A program made the translations under genes and the position numbers. Below are positions 15,829 to 29,069 of a stretch of 64,000 nucleotides of DNA, piece after piece; position 1 is the first letter of the stretch; every line of letters begins with the position of its first letter. The notes beneath the pieces are model-generated. The model had not been told where the DNA came from, did no database searches, and worked only from the letters and a program-made list of their open reading frames with translations. Source of the stretch: Eledone cirrhosa (taxonomy: Eukaryota); contig OZ024752.1 in the NCBI GenBank assembly GCA_964016885.1, positions 46,190,001 to 46,254,000 of the forward strand. The letters run 5' to 3'.

Positions 15829-16334
15829 TGTGTGTGTGTATATATGTATATGTGTGTGTACATGTATATATGTGTGTGTGTGTACATGTATATATGTGTG
15901 TGTATGTGTATATGTATATGTGTGTGTCTGTGTGTGTGTGTGTATGTATATATATGTGTGTGTGTATCTATATATATATGTATGTATGTATGTGCGTGTG
16001 TGTATATAAATATATATGTATGTGTGTGTCTGTGTGTATATATATATATATATGTATATATGTGCATGTGTGTATAAATGTGTTTATGTGTCTGTATATA
16101 TATACATATATGTGTATATATATGTGCATGTGTATATATATGTATATATTATTCTACTCTTCAGCTATATCAAATGTCTATTACCTTATTTCAGTCTGAT
16201 GCTGTTGCAATTAGGTGTGCAATTAGGTGTGTAATTAAAACTTCAACTGTTTTTTGTTCCTGCTGACAATTAAAATAAGAAAAAAACTGTATATTGTATG
16301 AAATGTTGAAACCCTAGCAAACGTAGTCATTGTA

Positions 16335-16565
16335 GGGCGGTAGCTTGACAATAATCAGTAGAGCATCAGGCACCCTGCTTTGTGGCATAATCTTATGGCC
16401 TTTTATGTTCTGAGTTCTGAGTTTAAATTCCGCCGAGGTTAACTTTGCCTTTCATCCTTACAGGGTTGATAAAATAAAGTACCAGTAATGCACTGGGGAA
16501 GATTTAGTTGATTTTCCCCTCTTCACCCCAAAATGTTTGGCCTTGTGTCTAAATCAGAAACTATT
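16335..16565 (+). mobile_element. SINE S1, near full length
   Basis: Degenerate head, body and tail match the other S1 copies. Confidence 0.8.
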
Positions 16566-18899
16566 GTATATTATGTATACATGTGTAACATCACCACAAT
16601 ATTTAATCTATATGTGTGTATTATTTAATTTATATGTGTGTATATATACTTTCCTGCTGGCTATCATCATTGTTTTTTTAAATGTCCACTTTCCCTAGGG
16701 TTGAACAGGTCTATATAGACCAAGTCCTTACTCATCCAGAGCCACTGATCTCCCAAGCAAGCCAGGGATCTGTATCTCGTTTATGTGCAGTCTCTTGTTC
16801 CATCGAGTGCTCAGGAGCGGTTGTCATGCCTTTGGCACAACTGAGGTTCTTCTCAACCCTTCGTTTGGCAAGATTTCTACGGCTGGATGCCCTTCCGATC
16901 ACCAACCACTTTATAGTGTGTACTGGGTGCATACTCCATACATATGTAACACAAGTACAACACCTTCCTCCTGGCTATATATATATATATATTTATATAT
17001 ATATCATACTCCCTATATATGTAACATAACTACAACACCTTCTTCCTGACTATATATATCATAATCTCCCTACATGTATAACACAAGCATAACACCTGCC
17101 TCCTGTATATATATATCATAATCTCCATACATATGTAACACAGCCATAATACCTTACTCCTGGCTATATATTGAAAATTGTAATTTCACGGTTACTATGG
17201 AACTTTGGTTGATTACATTTTCTTGTTAATTAGATGAGAATTCCAATCAATGATGCAATGTAATTAAACAGAATCAACTGTGTTTGTGTATCTTTTCATC
17301 TCACTTCTATTTAGAGACACACCTATATGTAATTCTCCTGTTTGGAAAGATAGAATTGGTAGGTTTGTATCAGGCCAAGCAATGTTTTCAATCTGAGTTC
17401 GCATCAGACAGAAGACGAGTTGGTGCTGTATATGTCTGAGATACAGTAAGGCCTCTTGTAATGATTTAGCAGAAAATATCTAAAATTTGGTTGTATATTC
17501 AAATATTTATAGTATCTTTACTAGTGGCCATTTCATTGTGAAAATTTGTAATATTAGAGAAAAGAGTTTAATTTTTAATGTGATGTAGTTTTTGTACTTT
17601 TGAGAATGATTTGCTAATGCAGTTTCATCTGGTACAGGCATTAAAAGTTAATTCGATACACCACATACTTAGGTTTTGATACTCTACAGAGTGCATTGGG
17701 TGTGTTGGTTGTGTTCCACCGTAACACCAACACTTGGGAGGTTGGCGTGTCTTTGACATAACTGAAGACTCCTTTCAACCTTTTGTTGGGCAAGTTTTTT
17801 TAGAGCTGGATGCCCTTCACATCACCAACCAATTTACAGAATGGACTGGGTGTATTTTATCATGTCACCCATAATAGAAAGGTTGTAGTGCCCTTGACAC
17901 AATTTAAGAATCTCCTATTCCCTTTTATGTCTTGGTTTCTACACTTGGATGCCCTTACTGTCACCAATGACCTTACAGGGTGCACTGGGTACATTTTTTG
18001 TGGCACCAACACTAAAAGGGTTGTTATGTCATGACTGAAAGGTTCTCTCAACCCTAGTATAGTCAATGTACCCCCTAATGCAGTCACTGCACCCACAATG
18101 CAGTCATTATACCCCTAATACAGCTATCAAATGTTTATAGTATCTTTACTAATAGACAGAGCTAATTATTAACATCCTGTAATGATTCAGCAGAAAATAT
18201 CTAAAAACAGGTTTGTTGATTGAAATGTTTATAACATTGTTGTAAAAAATTAAATTTCAATGTGATGTAGTTATATAGTGTCTTTAACTTTCAGTAATCT
18301 CATGCTAGCTTGTGGTTTCATGTGGTACAGGAAGTTTAGAGTTAAATTACTCTTTCATTTTTAAGGCTTAAACATTTTATTTTTTAGCATCCCTGCTTTA
18401 AAAAAAAAAAAGATAGAGATTTCATGTGTCAGCAGATTGAGTTTAAAAAAATGATGTGGGGTGGGTTGAAGTGGTTTACCACCCTTGCTTTTATGACTCC
18501 CTTGTGGTGATGGCTGTGGCAATTGTATTTATCATTAATGGATGGGGAACATTAGTGGTTGGGGTGGTATTGGTGCTAGTGGCGGATGTGATATACATTA
18601 TTTTAAAGATCTGCTGATAAAAATTTCTAGGCGGGATCTCAGCCCCAAACCATTCCACACACCTACATGGGTTTAAGACAATAGACAATAGTTTGGCTTG
18701 TATGTTAAGTGGCTTGATTGTTCTCTTATGGCTGTGGTGGGGTAGGGAGGGGTATCGAGTGCAGGGGAGAACCTGAATGTAGTGTGTGGTATGATAATCA
18801 CTTACCCTTTAACTCTACAAAATACCTCTGCAATGCTGGTATAGTCACTGCCTCCATCTTTCTTGCTTTTCTCATCTCTCGCTGTTATAAGCAAAAGGG

Positions 18900-20280
18900 G
18901 GCCCTCATGCTGGCTACCCTGGCGGACAGAATAGAGAAGGCGTTTCCTCGGAGGATGGTGAGGGAGATGCGAGTAGCAAACTCTGTGTCGATGGAGGTGA
19001 GGAGGGAGGTGGCTCTAGGGCCAAGGACACCAGAAGTCTCCACTGCTACAGGTAGCCAACTGTGTCGATGGAGGTGAGGAGGGAGGTGGTCCTAGGGCCA
19101 AGGACACCAGAAGTCTCCACTGCTACAGGTAGCCAACTGTGTCGATGGAGGTGAGGAGGGAGGTGGTCCTAGGGCCAAGGACCAGAAGTCTCCACTGCTA
19201 CAGGTAGCCAACTGTGTCGATGGTGGAGGGGAGGGAGGTGGTCCTAGGGCCAAGGACCAGAAGTCTCCACTGCTACAGGTAGCCAACTGTGTCGATGGTG
19301 GAGGGGAGGGAGGTGGTCCTAGGGCCAAGGACCAGAAGTCTCCACTGCTACAGGTAGCCAACTGTGTCGATGGTGGAGGGGAGGGAGGTGGTCCTAGGGC
19401 CAAGGACCAGAAGTCTCCACTGCTACAGGTAGCCAACTGTGTCGATGGTGGAGGGGAGGGAGGTGGTCCTAGGGCCAAGGACCAGAAGTCTCCACTGCTA
19501 CAGGTAGCCAACTGTGTCGATGGTGGAGGGGAGGGAGGTGGTCCTAGGGCCAAGGACCAGAAGTCTCCACTGCTACAGGTAGCCAACTGTGTCGATGGAG
19601 GTGAGGAGGGAGGTGGTCCTAGGGCCAAGGACACCAGAAGTCTCCACTGCTACAGGTAGCCAACTGTGTCGATGGAGGTGAGGAGGGAGGTGGTCCTAGG
19701 GCCAAGGACCAGAAGTCTCCACTGCTACAGGTAGCCAAGTGTGTCGATGGTGGAGGGGAGGGAGGTGGTCCTAGGGCCAAGGACCAGAAGTCTCCACTGC
19801 TACAGGTAGCCAACTGTGTCGATGGTGGAGGGGAGGGAGGTGGTCCTAGGGCCAAGGACCAGAAGTCTCCACTGCTACAGGTAGCCAACTGTGTCGATGG
19901 AGGTGAGGAGGGAGGTGGTCCTAGGGCCAAGGACACCAGAAGTCTCCACTGCTACAGGTAGCCAACTGTGTCGATGGAGGTGAGGAGGGAGGTGGTCCTA
20001 GGGCCAAGGACACCAGAAGTCTCCACTGCTACAGGTAGCCAACTGTGTCGATGGAGGTGAGGAGGGAGGTGGTCCTAGGGCCAAGGACCAGAAGTCTCCA
20101 CTGCTACAGGTAGCCAACTGTATCAATGGTGGTTAATAGGGAGGTGGTCCTAGGGCCAAGGACACCAGAAGTCTCCACTGCTACAGATTCGACCGCAAAC
20201 CTGTCGGAGAGCAACCAATATTTGGAGAGTTTACACTCCTCGACCCCAAGTGCAGCACAGCCTGGGTTAGTCGCAGTGTG
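18900..20280 (-). mobile_element. CRE-like (restriction-like endonuclease) non-LTR retrotransposon remnant with an internal 75/77-bp tandem array (about 16 units, 18985-20185)
   Basis: Minus-strand translation ..EECKLSKY..LSDRF..VAVETSGVLGP.. and RISLTILRGNAFSIL matches the C-terminal RLE region of CRE-clade elements. Confidence 0.75.
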
Positions 20281-20517
20281 TAGTAGTAGTGGGATGGTAG
20301 TGATAGTGGTCATGTTAGTAATACTAATAATTGATATAAGTAATTATTACTGCAAGTAATGCTACAGCTACTACTAAGTATGATGTCTGTGATGCAGGCT
20401 TGCTGCAATAGTAATAACCTGATTAGTGAGAGACTCTAGATATGTTATTATAGAGCCAGAAATATGGCTGGCTGCTTGCTGTACTGTCCACTCTATACAC
20501 ACTCTTGTCCATTTTAA

Positions 20518-20747
20518 CCCTTTAGTTACCAATCCAGCCAAAACCAGTTGTGGTTCTATGAAATAAAACCACCCATTTTAAAGGTTTCCAATTTAAATTA
20601 AAATCTTCCAACATAATTTTATATAAGAATTTTACATTAAGTTAGTATCTTAGTAATGAAATAATTAATAGTTTTAGTAAGTCCCTCAAAATTTTTCATT
20701 AGATGATTAAAATAGCGTATTTTGTTAGAAATATGGTCATGAAAGGG
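20518..20747 (+). mobile_element. piggyBac-type MITE (family 2)
   Basis: TTAA|CCCTTT...AAAGGG|TTAA with a different interior; the subterminal ttagaaatatggt is also seen at about 7425-7440 (degenerate copy about 7225-7450). Confidence 0.7.
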
Positions 20748-20849
20748 TTAACTGTGTATATGTGTTGTTGTTGTTGTTTCCACTGACCCCCTCCACAAGG
20801 CCAGAGCCACTAAAGTGTTGGATATTTGTTCCTGGTTTCTCGGTTTCTG

Positions 20850-21405
20850 TCTTCTGAGTTGAAATTCTGATGAGCTTTACCTCGCCTTGATTGATACTTC
20901 ATTATTTTATCGACCCTTTTAGCACAAGGCCAGCAAATACTCCGGTGTATTACTGGTACTTTATTTTATCGACCCCGTAAGGATGAAAGGCAAAGCTAGC
21001 CTCGGCGGGATTTGAACTCAGATCAGTTACGGCCCTTTATGATCTGAGTTCAAATCCCGCCGAGGTTAACTTTGCCTTTCATCCTTACGGGGTTGATAAA
21101 ATAAAGTACCAGTAATGTACTGGGGTCAATTTAATCGACTTTCACCTGCCCCAAAATTTCTGGCCTTGTGCCTATATAAGAAACCATTATTTTATCAACC
21201 CTCAGATGGATGAAAGGGCAAGTTGACCTCAGCAGGGTTTGAAACCAGAACGTAGAGACCCAGAACGAAATGTTGACACATTAACAACCCCTCAGCCCTC
21301 ACACCAAATTGCTGGTCAACGTAGAGACCCAGAACGAACTGTTGACACATTAACAACCCCTCAGCCCTCACACCAAATTGCTGGTCTTGTGCCTAAATTA
21401 GAAAC
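20850..21405. mobile_element. Cluster of SINE S1 fragments in alternating orientation
   Basis: Minus copy about 20920-21025, plus copy about 21026-21190, minus copy about 21187-21253, and plus tail fragments. Confidence 0.85.
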
Positions 21406-21843
21406 CTCTAAATATACCGAACAGAAAGAGCAAAAGAATTCTTTAAGAAAGAACAAACCAACTGTAGAGTTTGTGATTCATTTAACTTCGGTTGTCGAAT
21501 CAATTAATAGCAATATAATAGGATAGACAACAACAACAACAGCAATAACAACAGCAACAACTACAACAACAACAGTAGCAATAACAACAGTAACAACAAC
21601 AGCAATAACAACAGTAACAACAGCAGCAGTAGCAGTAAGTGTTATTCAAGATATACTGGAGTAGTTAAAGACTAGACACTACATATGTGTAGTTGATGAT
21701 GATGATGGTAGTGATGGTGGTGATACTGGTGGTGGTGGTGGCGGTGGCGGTAGCGGTGGTGGTGGCAGTGGTTAATGGTAGTGATGGTAATGGTGATACT
21801 GGTGGTGATGTTGAGTCGAGTTTTATTATTTTCTGTCTGGCAG

Positions 21844-21868
21844 AGCCATTAAGGAAGAGACAATTGCT
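21844..21868 (+). CDS. Possible 25-nt micro-exon (x-AIKEETIA) of the Caskin gene
   Basis: Unique island between microsatellites: ttttattattttctgtctggcag|...|gtaagg; one frame ends in phase 0, compatible with the 35491 exon. No homology evidence. Confidence 0.25.
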
Positions 21869-21899
21869 GTAAGGTAGAAAGAGAGGCTGAAATCATGAC

Positions 21900-22460
21900 A
21901 CTACAACAACAACCACAACAACAACCACAACCATAACAACAACCATAACTACCACAACAACAACAACCATAATTACCACAACAACAACCACCACTACCAC
22001 AACCATAACTACCACAACAACCACCACAACAACAACCATAACTACCACAACAACAACCATAACTACCACAACAACCACAACTACCACAACAACAACAACA
22101 ACCATAACTACCACAACAACCACCATAACAACAACCATAACTACCACAACAACAACCACCATAACCATAACAACCGTAACTACCACAACAACAACAACCA
22201 TAACTACCACAACAACCACCATAACAACAACAACCATAACTACCACAACAACAACCACCACAACCATAACTACCACAACAACCACCATAACCATAACAAC
22301 CGTAACTACCACAACCACCACAACCATAACTACCACAACAACCACAACAACCACCATAACCATAACAACCGTAACTACCACAACCACAACAACCATAACT
22401 ACCATAACAACCACCACAACAACAACTACCACAACAACCACCATAACCATAACAACCATA
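21900..22460. repeat. (CAA/CCA/TAA)n cryptic trinucleotide repeat
   Basis: Direct reading; gives the Gly/Cys/Tyr-rich ORF on the minus strand. Confidence 0.85.
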
Positions 22461-22580
22461 TACAGTCTTCAGATGAAGTTTGTCCATTCCCAGTCTTACT
22501 CTTTACACAGATTGTTGTTGTTGTTGTTGTTGTTGTTTAACTCCAATGGAGGGTTAAATAACAGCTAAATATATCAGCTG

Positions 22581-22584
<4 letters not shown>

Positions 22585-22632
<48 letters not shown>

Positions 22633-23245
22633 TCGTGTAGTATCTATACTGTGTGTGTGTGTGTGTGTATGTGTGTGTGTCTATGTATGTGTGTGTAGTC
22701 GTGCAGTATCTAAACTGTGTGTGTATGTGTGTGTGTGTGTAGTCGTGCAGTATCTATACTGTGTGTATGTGTGTGTGTGTGTGTAGTTGTGCAGTATCTA
22801 TACTGTGTGTGTATGTGTGTGTGTGTGTAGTTGTGCAGTATCTAAACTGTGTATGTGTGTGTAGTCGTGCAGTATCTATACTATGTGTGTATGTATGTAG
22901 TTGTGCAGTATCTAAACTGTATGTGTGGGCAGTATCTATACTGTGTATGTGTGTGTGTGTGTGTAGTCGTGCAGTATCTATACTGTGTGTGTATGTGTGT
23001 GTGTGTGTGTGTGTAGTTGTGCAGTATCTATACTGTGTGTGTATGTGTGTGTGTGTGTGTAGTCGTGCAGTATCTATACTGTGTGTGTATGTGTGTGTGT
23101 GTGTAGTTGTGCAGTATCTATACTGTATGTGTGTGTGTGTGTGTGTGTGTGTAGTTGTGTAGTATCTATACTGTATGTGTGTGTGTGTGTAGTCGTGCAG
23201 TATCTACACTGTGTGTATGTGTGTGTGTGTGTGTGTAGTTGTGCA
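22585..23245. repeat. (GT)n minisatellite punctuated by agtcgtgcagtatctatact
   Basis: Direct reading. Confidence 0.9.
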
Positions 23246-23638
23246 GTGCCCATTCTTCTCTCACACCAACTGTTTACATAATGATATTGTTTGTTTTTTT
23301 TATCATCACCACCAACACCGCCACCACCACCACCACAACAACCACCACCACCCCTACCACCGCCACCACCACCACAACAACCACCACCACCCCTACCACC
23401 GCCACCACCACCACAACAACCACCACCACCCCTACCACCACCACCACCGCCACTGTTGTTATTATTTTGTCAGTTTACCCCCCCCCCCCCCCCCTGTAAT
23501 GTCCAAAATGTTAACAATTTTATCTCTGTGGAATCTCTGCACCAACATGCAGGAGAGTGCAGCAGTGGATGTGATGTAGTGCAGTGGAGATTCCATTTTT
23601 GGAATGTTGTGTATGTCAGTCTATAGATTCTGTACATA

Positions 23639-23705
<67 letters not shown>

Positions 23706-23751
23706 TGTGTATGTGTGTGTCTAGATTCTGTGCTCATATCTCTACAGATTC

Positions 23752-23867
<116 letters not shown>

Positions 23868-23872
23868 TCATG

Positions 23873-23906
<34 letters not shown>

Positions 23907-23915
23907 TATATATAC

Positions 23916-23975
<60 letters not shown>

Positions 23976-23984
23976 TCATGTATA

Positions 23985-24032
<48 letters not shown>

Positions 24033-24060
24033 TATACATATATATATGTATATATATATG

Positions 24061-24091
<31 letters not shown>

Positions 24092-24118
24092 TCATGTATA
24101 TATATGTATATATATATG

Positions 24119-24151
<33 letters not shown>

Positions 24152-24160
24152 TCATGTATA

Positions 24161-24200
<40 letters not shown>

Positions 24201-24210
24201 TATGTATATA

Positions 24211-24255
<45 letters not shown>

Positions 24256-24412
24256 TCATGTATATCATCATCATCATCATCATCAACGTTTAACGTCCGT
24301 GTTCCACGCTTGCATGGGTTTGGACGGGGGTAGTCCCACTTGAGGCAAGAGTGATTGTCTTGCTCGCATATGAATATATATATACACATATATATATATA
24401 TATATGTATATA

Positions 24413-24448
<36 letters not shown>

Positions 24449-25921
24449 ATCTCTCAATGTGTACCACATTGCTCCCCCCTCTCCCCAATGAACTGAAATA
24501 GATAAATAGATGGTGTGTAGAAGAGGCAGTTGCTATGGTAATACAAGGTGGTGGGGTGTTGGCTGTGCTTGGCAAGATGATGTTGTGGGGTAGGGAAAGG
24601 GTTAGTGCATTATGGCCGAACATGGGAGACATTTAAAGTAATGTGTGTGTGTGTCTATGTGTGAGAGAGAGAGTGTGTGTGTGTGTGAGAGTGTGTGTGT
24701 GTGTGTGTGTGACCCCCTGGAATGTACTTTTATTCAGTTGTGGCATCACACATTCACAAACATAATACCACATGGGAACTGTTTTGATAAAATAACTTGT
24801 GTGTCTGTCTGTGTGTGTATATATGTGTGTGTGTATATATGTGTGTGTATATATGTGTGTGTGTGTGTTTGTTTGTGTGTGTGTGTTTGTTTGTTTGTGT
24901 GTGTATGTTTGTGCGTGTGTGTTTGTATGTTTGTGTGTGTATGTTTGTGTGTGTGCGTGTGTGTTTGTATGTTTGTGTGTGTATGTTTGTGTGTGTGTGT
25001 GTATGTTTGTGTGTGTGTGTGTGGATCATTTGACAACACAATATGAAAAGGCTGGAAAACTTAAGAAATTAATGGTGGCTGTGATGATGATGATGATGGT
25101 GATGGTGATGGAGGTAGTGAAGATGATGGTGGTGATGATGATGATGATGGTGATGATGATGGTGATGGTGATGGAGGTAGTGAAGATGATGGTGGTGATG
25201 ATGATGATGGTGATGGAGGTAGTGATAGAGTAAGCCATGGGGACTAAAATATACACAGATTGTGGTAGCAATGGCAGAGGGCCACAGAGACTAAACTAAA
25301 CTAAACTAGACTCCAAGGTGGACGTTGGCAGTGATGATGGCAGCCACAGGGAATAAATTGTATGAATGAATGGATTTAGTATAAATAAAAACATGGAAAT
25401 ATTTATTTCTGTACTGGGTTGTTGTATATTGGGCTTTGTTCCATTGGTTTTCATTGGTTCCCATTGGTCCCTTATCTGGGATCTTATCAGACCCATGCCA
25501 TTGGTTCCATGGGCTCTCATTGGTCCCTTATCTGGGATATTATCAGACCCATGCCCTGGGTTTTCATTGGTTCCCATTGGCCCCTTATCTGAAATATTAT
25601 CAGACCCATGTCCTGGGTTGTCGTTGGTCCCTTATCTGGGATATCACCAGACCCATGTTATTTATAATTACGGTAATAATGTTGAAGGTATTTTATCTTT
25701 GGCACCCTGGATTGGAGTACCACGTATGCCAGGATTACTTGATATATAAACAATCATACAAATTGGAATATTTACATTCTGATAAAATGAATGGTTTGTA
25801 TAAGAGAAACCCTATAGTTTATGTAGATTGCTGATATAAACATGTGGAAGTGATTGAAGATAACATTGATATTATAATAGAATTTTGTTATCTGCTCTAA
25901 CATAGCGGATACGTAAATGTA

Positions 25922-26099
25922 TTTGTGAGATTTATATCGAGTAATAAAAATATTTGAGTCATTTGCAAGCAAACAATATTGTCGATTGTTTCTCTGTGTC
26001 ATCGCTAGAACAAAAGAAGCCAATTGTCATCTAAAACACAGAGTAATGAGGCTGTTTGCTTGCAAATGAATTGAGTATTATTCGATATAAACTCACAAA
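25922..26099. mobile_element. Fold-back/MITE-like element with about 50-bp imperfect inverted arms
   Basis: tttgtgaga.ttatatcgagtaata...tcatttgcaagcaaaca (25922-25975) versus tgtttgcttgcaaatga...tattattcgatataaactcacaaa (26053-26099). Confidence 0.6.
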
Positions 26100-26103
26100 A
26101 GAT

Positions 26104-28737
26104 GTTGTTTAGCCCCAGGTCAGCCATGATTAAGCAGGCCCACCCTGTAACCAAATCTATTTTCTAAGGGAACCACTGTCCAATCTATTGATGTTCTTGT
26201 TGTTTAGCCCCAGGTCAGCCATGATTAAGCAGGCCCACCCTGTAACGAAATCTATTTTCTAAGGGAACCACTGTCCAATCTATTGATGTTCTTGTTGTTT
26301 AGCCCCAGGTCAGCCATGATTAAGCAGGCCCACCCTGTAACCAAATCTATTTTCTAAGGGAACCACTGTCCAATCTATTGATGTTCTTGTTGTTTAGCCC
26401 CAGGTCAGCCATGATTAAGCAGGCCCACCCTGTAACCAAATCTATTTTCTAAGGGAACCACTGTCCAATCTATTGATGTTCTTGTTGTTTAGCCCCAGGT
26501 CAGCCATGATTAAGCAGGCCCACCCTGTAACCAAATCTATTTTCTAAGGGAACCACTGTCCAATCTATTGATGTTCTTGTTGTTTAGCCCCAGGTCAGCC
26601 ATGATTAAGCAGGCCCACCCTGTAACCAAATCTATTTTCTAAGGGAACCACTGTCCAATCTATTGATGTTCTTGTTGTTTAGCCCCAGGTCAGCCATGAT
26701 TAAGCAGGCCCACCCTGTAACCAAATCTATTTTCTAAGGGAACCACTGTCCAATCTATTGATGTTCTTGTTGTTTAGCCCCAGGTCAGCCATGATTAAGC
26801 AGGCCCACCCTGTAACGAAATCTATTTTCTAAGGGAACCACTGTCCAATCTATTGATGTTCTTGTTGTTTAGCCCCAGGTCAGCCATGATTAAGCAGGCC
26901 CACCCTGTAACCAAATCTATTTTCTAAGGGAACCACTGTCCAATCTATTGATGTTCTTGTTGTTTAGCCCCAGGTCAGCCATGATTAAGCAGGCCCACCC
27001 TGTAACCAAATCTATTTTCTAAGGGAACCACTGTCCAATCTATTGATGTTCTTGTTGTTTAGCCCCAGGTCAGCCATGATTAAGCAGGCCCACCCTGTAA
27101 CCAAATCTATTTTCTAAGGGAACCACTGTCCAATCTATTGATGTTCTTGTTGTTTAGCCCCAGGTCAGCCATGATTAAGCAGGCCCACCCTGTAACCAAA
27201 TCTATTTTCTAAGGGAACCACTGTCCAATCTATTGATGTTCTTGTTGTTTAGCCCCAGGTCAGCCATGATTAAGCAGGCCCACCCTGTAACCAAATCTAT
27301 TTTCTAAGGGAACCACTGTCCAATCTATTGATGTTCTTGTTGTTTAGCCCCAGGTCAGCCATGATTAAGCAGGCCCACCCTGTAACGAAATCTATTTTCT
27401 AAGGGAACCACTGTCCAATCTATTGATGTTCTTGTTGTTTAGCCCCAGGTCAGCCATGATTAAGCAGGCCCACCCTGTAACCAAATCTATTTTCTAAGGG
27501 AACCACTGTCCAATCTATTGATGTTCTTGTTGTTTAGCCCCAGGTCAGCCATGATTAAGCAGGCCCACCCTGTAACCAAATCTATTTTCTAAGGGAACCA
27601 CTGTCCAATCTATTGATGTTCTTGTTGTTTAGCCCCAGGTCAGCCATGATTAAGCAGGCCCACCCTGTAACCAAATCTATTTTCTAAGGGAACCACTGTC
27701 CAATCTATTGATGTTCTTGTTGTTTAGCCCCAGGTCAGCCATGATTAAGCAGGCCCACCCTGTAACCAAATCTATTTTCTAAGGGAACCACTGTCCAATC
27801 TATTGATGTTCTTGTTGTTTAGCCCCAGGTCAGCCATGATTAAGCAGGCCCACCCTGTAACCAAATCTATTTTCTAAGGGAACCACTGTCCAATCTATTG
27901 ATGTTCTTGTTGTTTAGCCCCAGGTCAGCCATGATTAAGCAGGCCCACCCTGTAACGAAATCTATTTTCTAAGGGAACCACTGTCCAATCTATTGATGTT
28001 CTTGTTGTTTAGCCCCAGGTCAGCCATGATTAAGCAGGCCCACCCTGTAACCAAATCTATTTTCTAAGGGAACCACTGTCCAATCTATTGATGTTCTTGT
28101 TGTTTAGCCCCAGGTCAGCCATGATTAAGCAGGCCCACCCTGTAACCAAATCTATTTTCTAAGGGAACCACTGTCCAATCTATTGATGTTCTTGTTGTTT
28201 AGCCCCAGGTCAGCCATGATTAAGCAGGCCCACCCTGTAACCAAATCTATTTTCTAAGGGAACCACTGTCCAATCTATTGATGTTCTTGTTGTTTAGCCC
28301 CAGGTCAGCCATGATTAAGCAGGCCCACCCTGTAACCAAATCTATTTTCTAAGGGAACCACTGTCCAATCTATTGATGTTCTTGTTGTTTAGCCCCAGGT
28401 CAGCCATGATTAAGCAGGCCCACCCTGTAACCAAATCTATTTTCTAAGGGAACCACTGTCCAATCTATTGATGTTCTTGTTGTTTAGCCCCAGGTCAGCC
28501 ATGATTAAGCAGGCCCACCCTGTAACCAAATCTATTTTCTAAGGGAACCACTGTCCAATCTATTGATGTTCTTGTTGTTTAGCCCCAGGTCAGCCATGAT
28601 TAAGCAGGCCCACCCTGTAACCAAATCTATTTTCTAAGGGAACCACTGTCCAATCTATTGATGTTCTTGTTGTTTAGCCCCAGGTCAGCCATGATTAAGC
28701 AGGCCCATCCTGTAACCAAATCTATTTTCTAAGGGAA
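26104..28737. repeat. 95-bp satellite, about 27.7 nearly identical units
   Basis: agccccagg recurs at 26111, 26206 and onward; only rare variants. Confidence 0.97.
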
Positions 28738-29069
28738 ACACTGAAGCATACAGCCATGCCTGTGTGTAGAAATCTGTTAATTATTTCAACTGAGTTCTCT
28801 GGAACCTTCTCATGTTGGTCTGTTTTATATATTTACCTCTTCAAACACATTTAGTTCCTTCTATCAATTCCTCTTCAACTTACTCACCTCTACACTCTCC
28901 CCCGCCCCACCATTCCCTCTCCCCTGCCCCACCATTCCCTCTCCCCCGCCCCACCATTCCCTCTCCCCTGCCCCACTATCTTAACCCACCTCTTATGATC
29001 ACCTGGGGAAACTGACTGGGATTGCACTAAAGTTAAAAAAGCATAACAAGCCACCCATATACCTCCTTT

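Noticed and set aside
19092-19936. 25-aa repeat protein ORFs (SLALGPPPSPPPSTQLATCSSGDFW)
   Set aside because: Alternative frame of the 75-bp array in a dead retrotransposon; frameshifted by the 77-bp units.
20867-20880. CTGATGAG hammerhead core
   Set aside because: Lies within a degenerate S1 SINE; no downstream stem II, GAAA or stem III.
21849-22487. Gly/Cys/Tyr-rich keratin-associated-like or metallothionein-like ORF on the minus strand
   Set aside because: Reads off a cryptic (CAA/CCA/TAA)n repeat like many others here; no signal peptide. Cannot be fully excluded without RNA data.
26104-28737. CRISPR-like regular array
   Set aside because: Units are identical end to end with no unique spacers; eukaryotic context; no cas genes.
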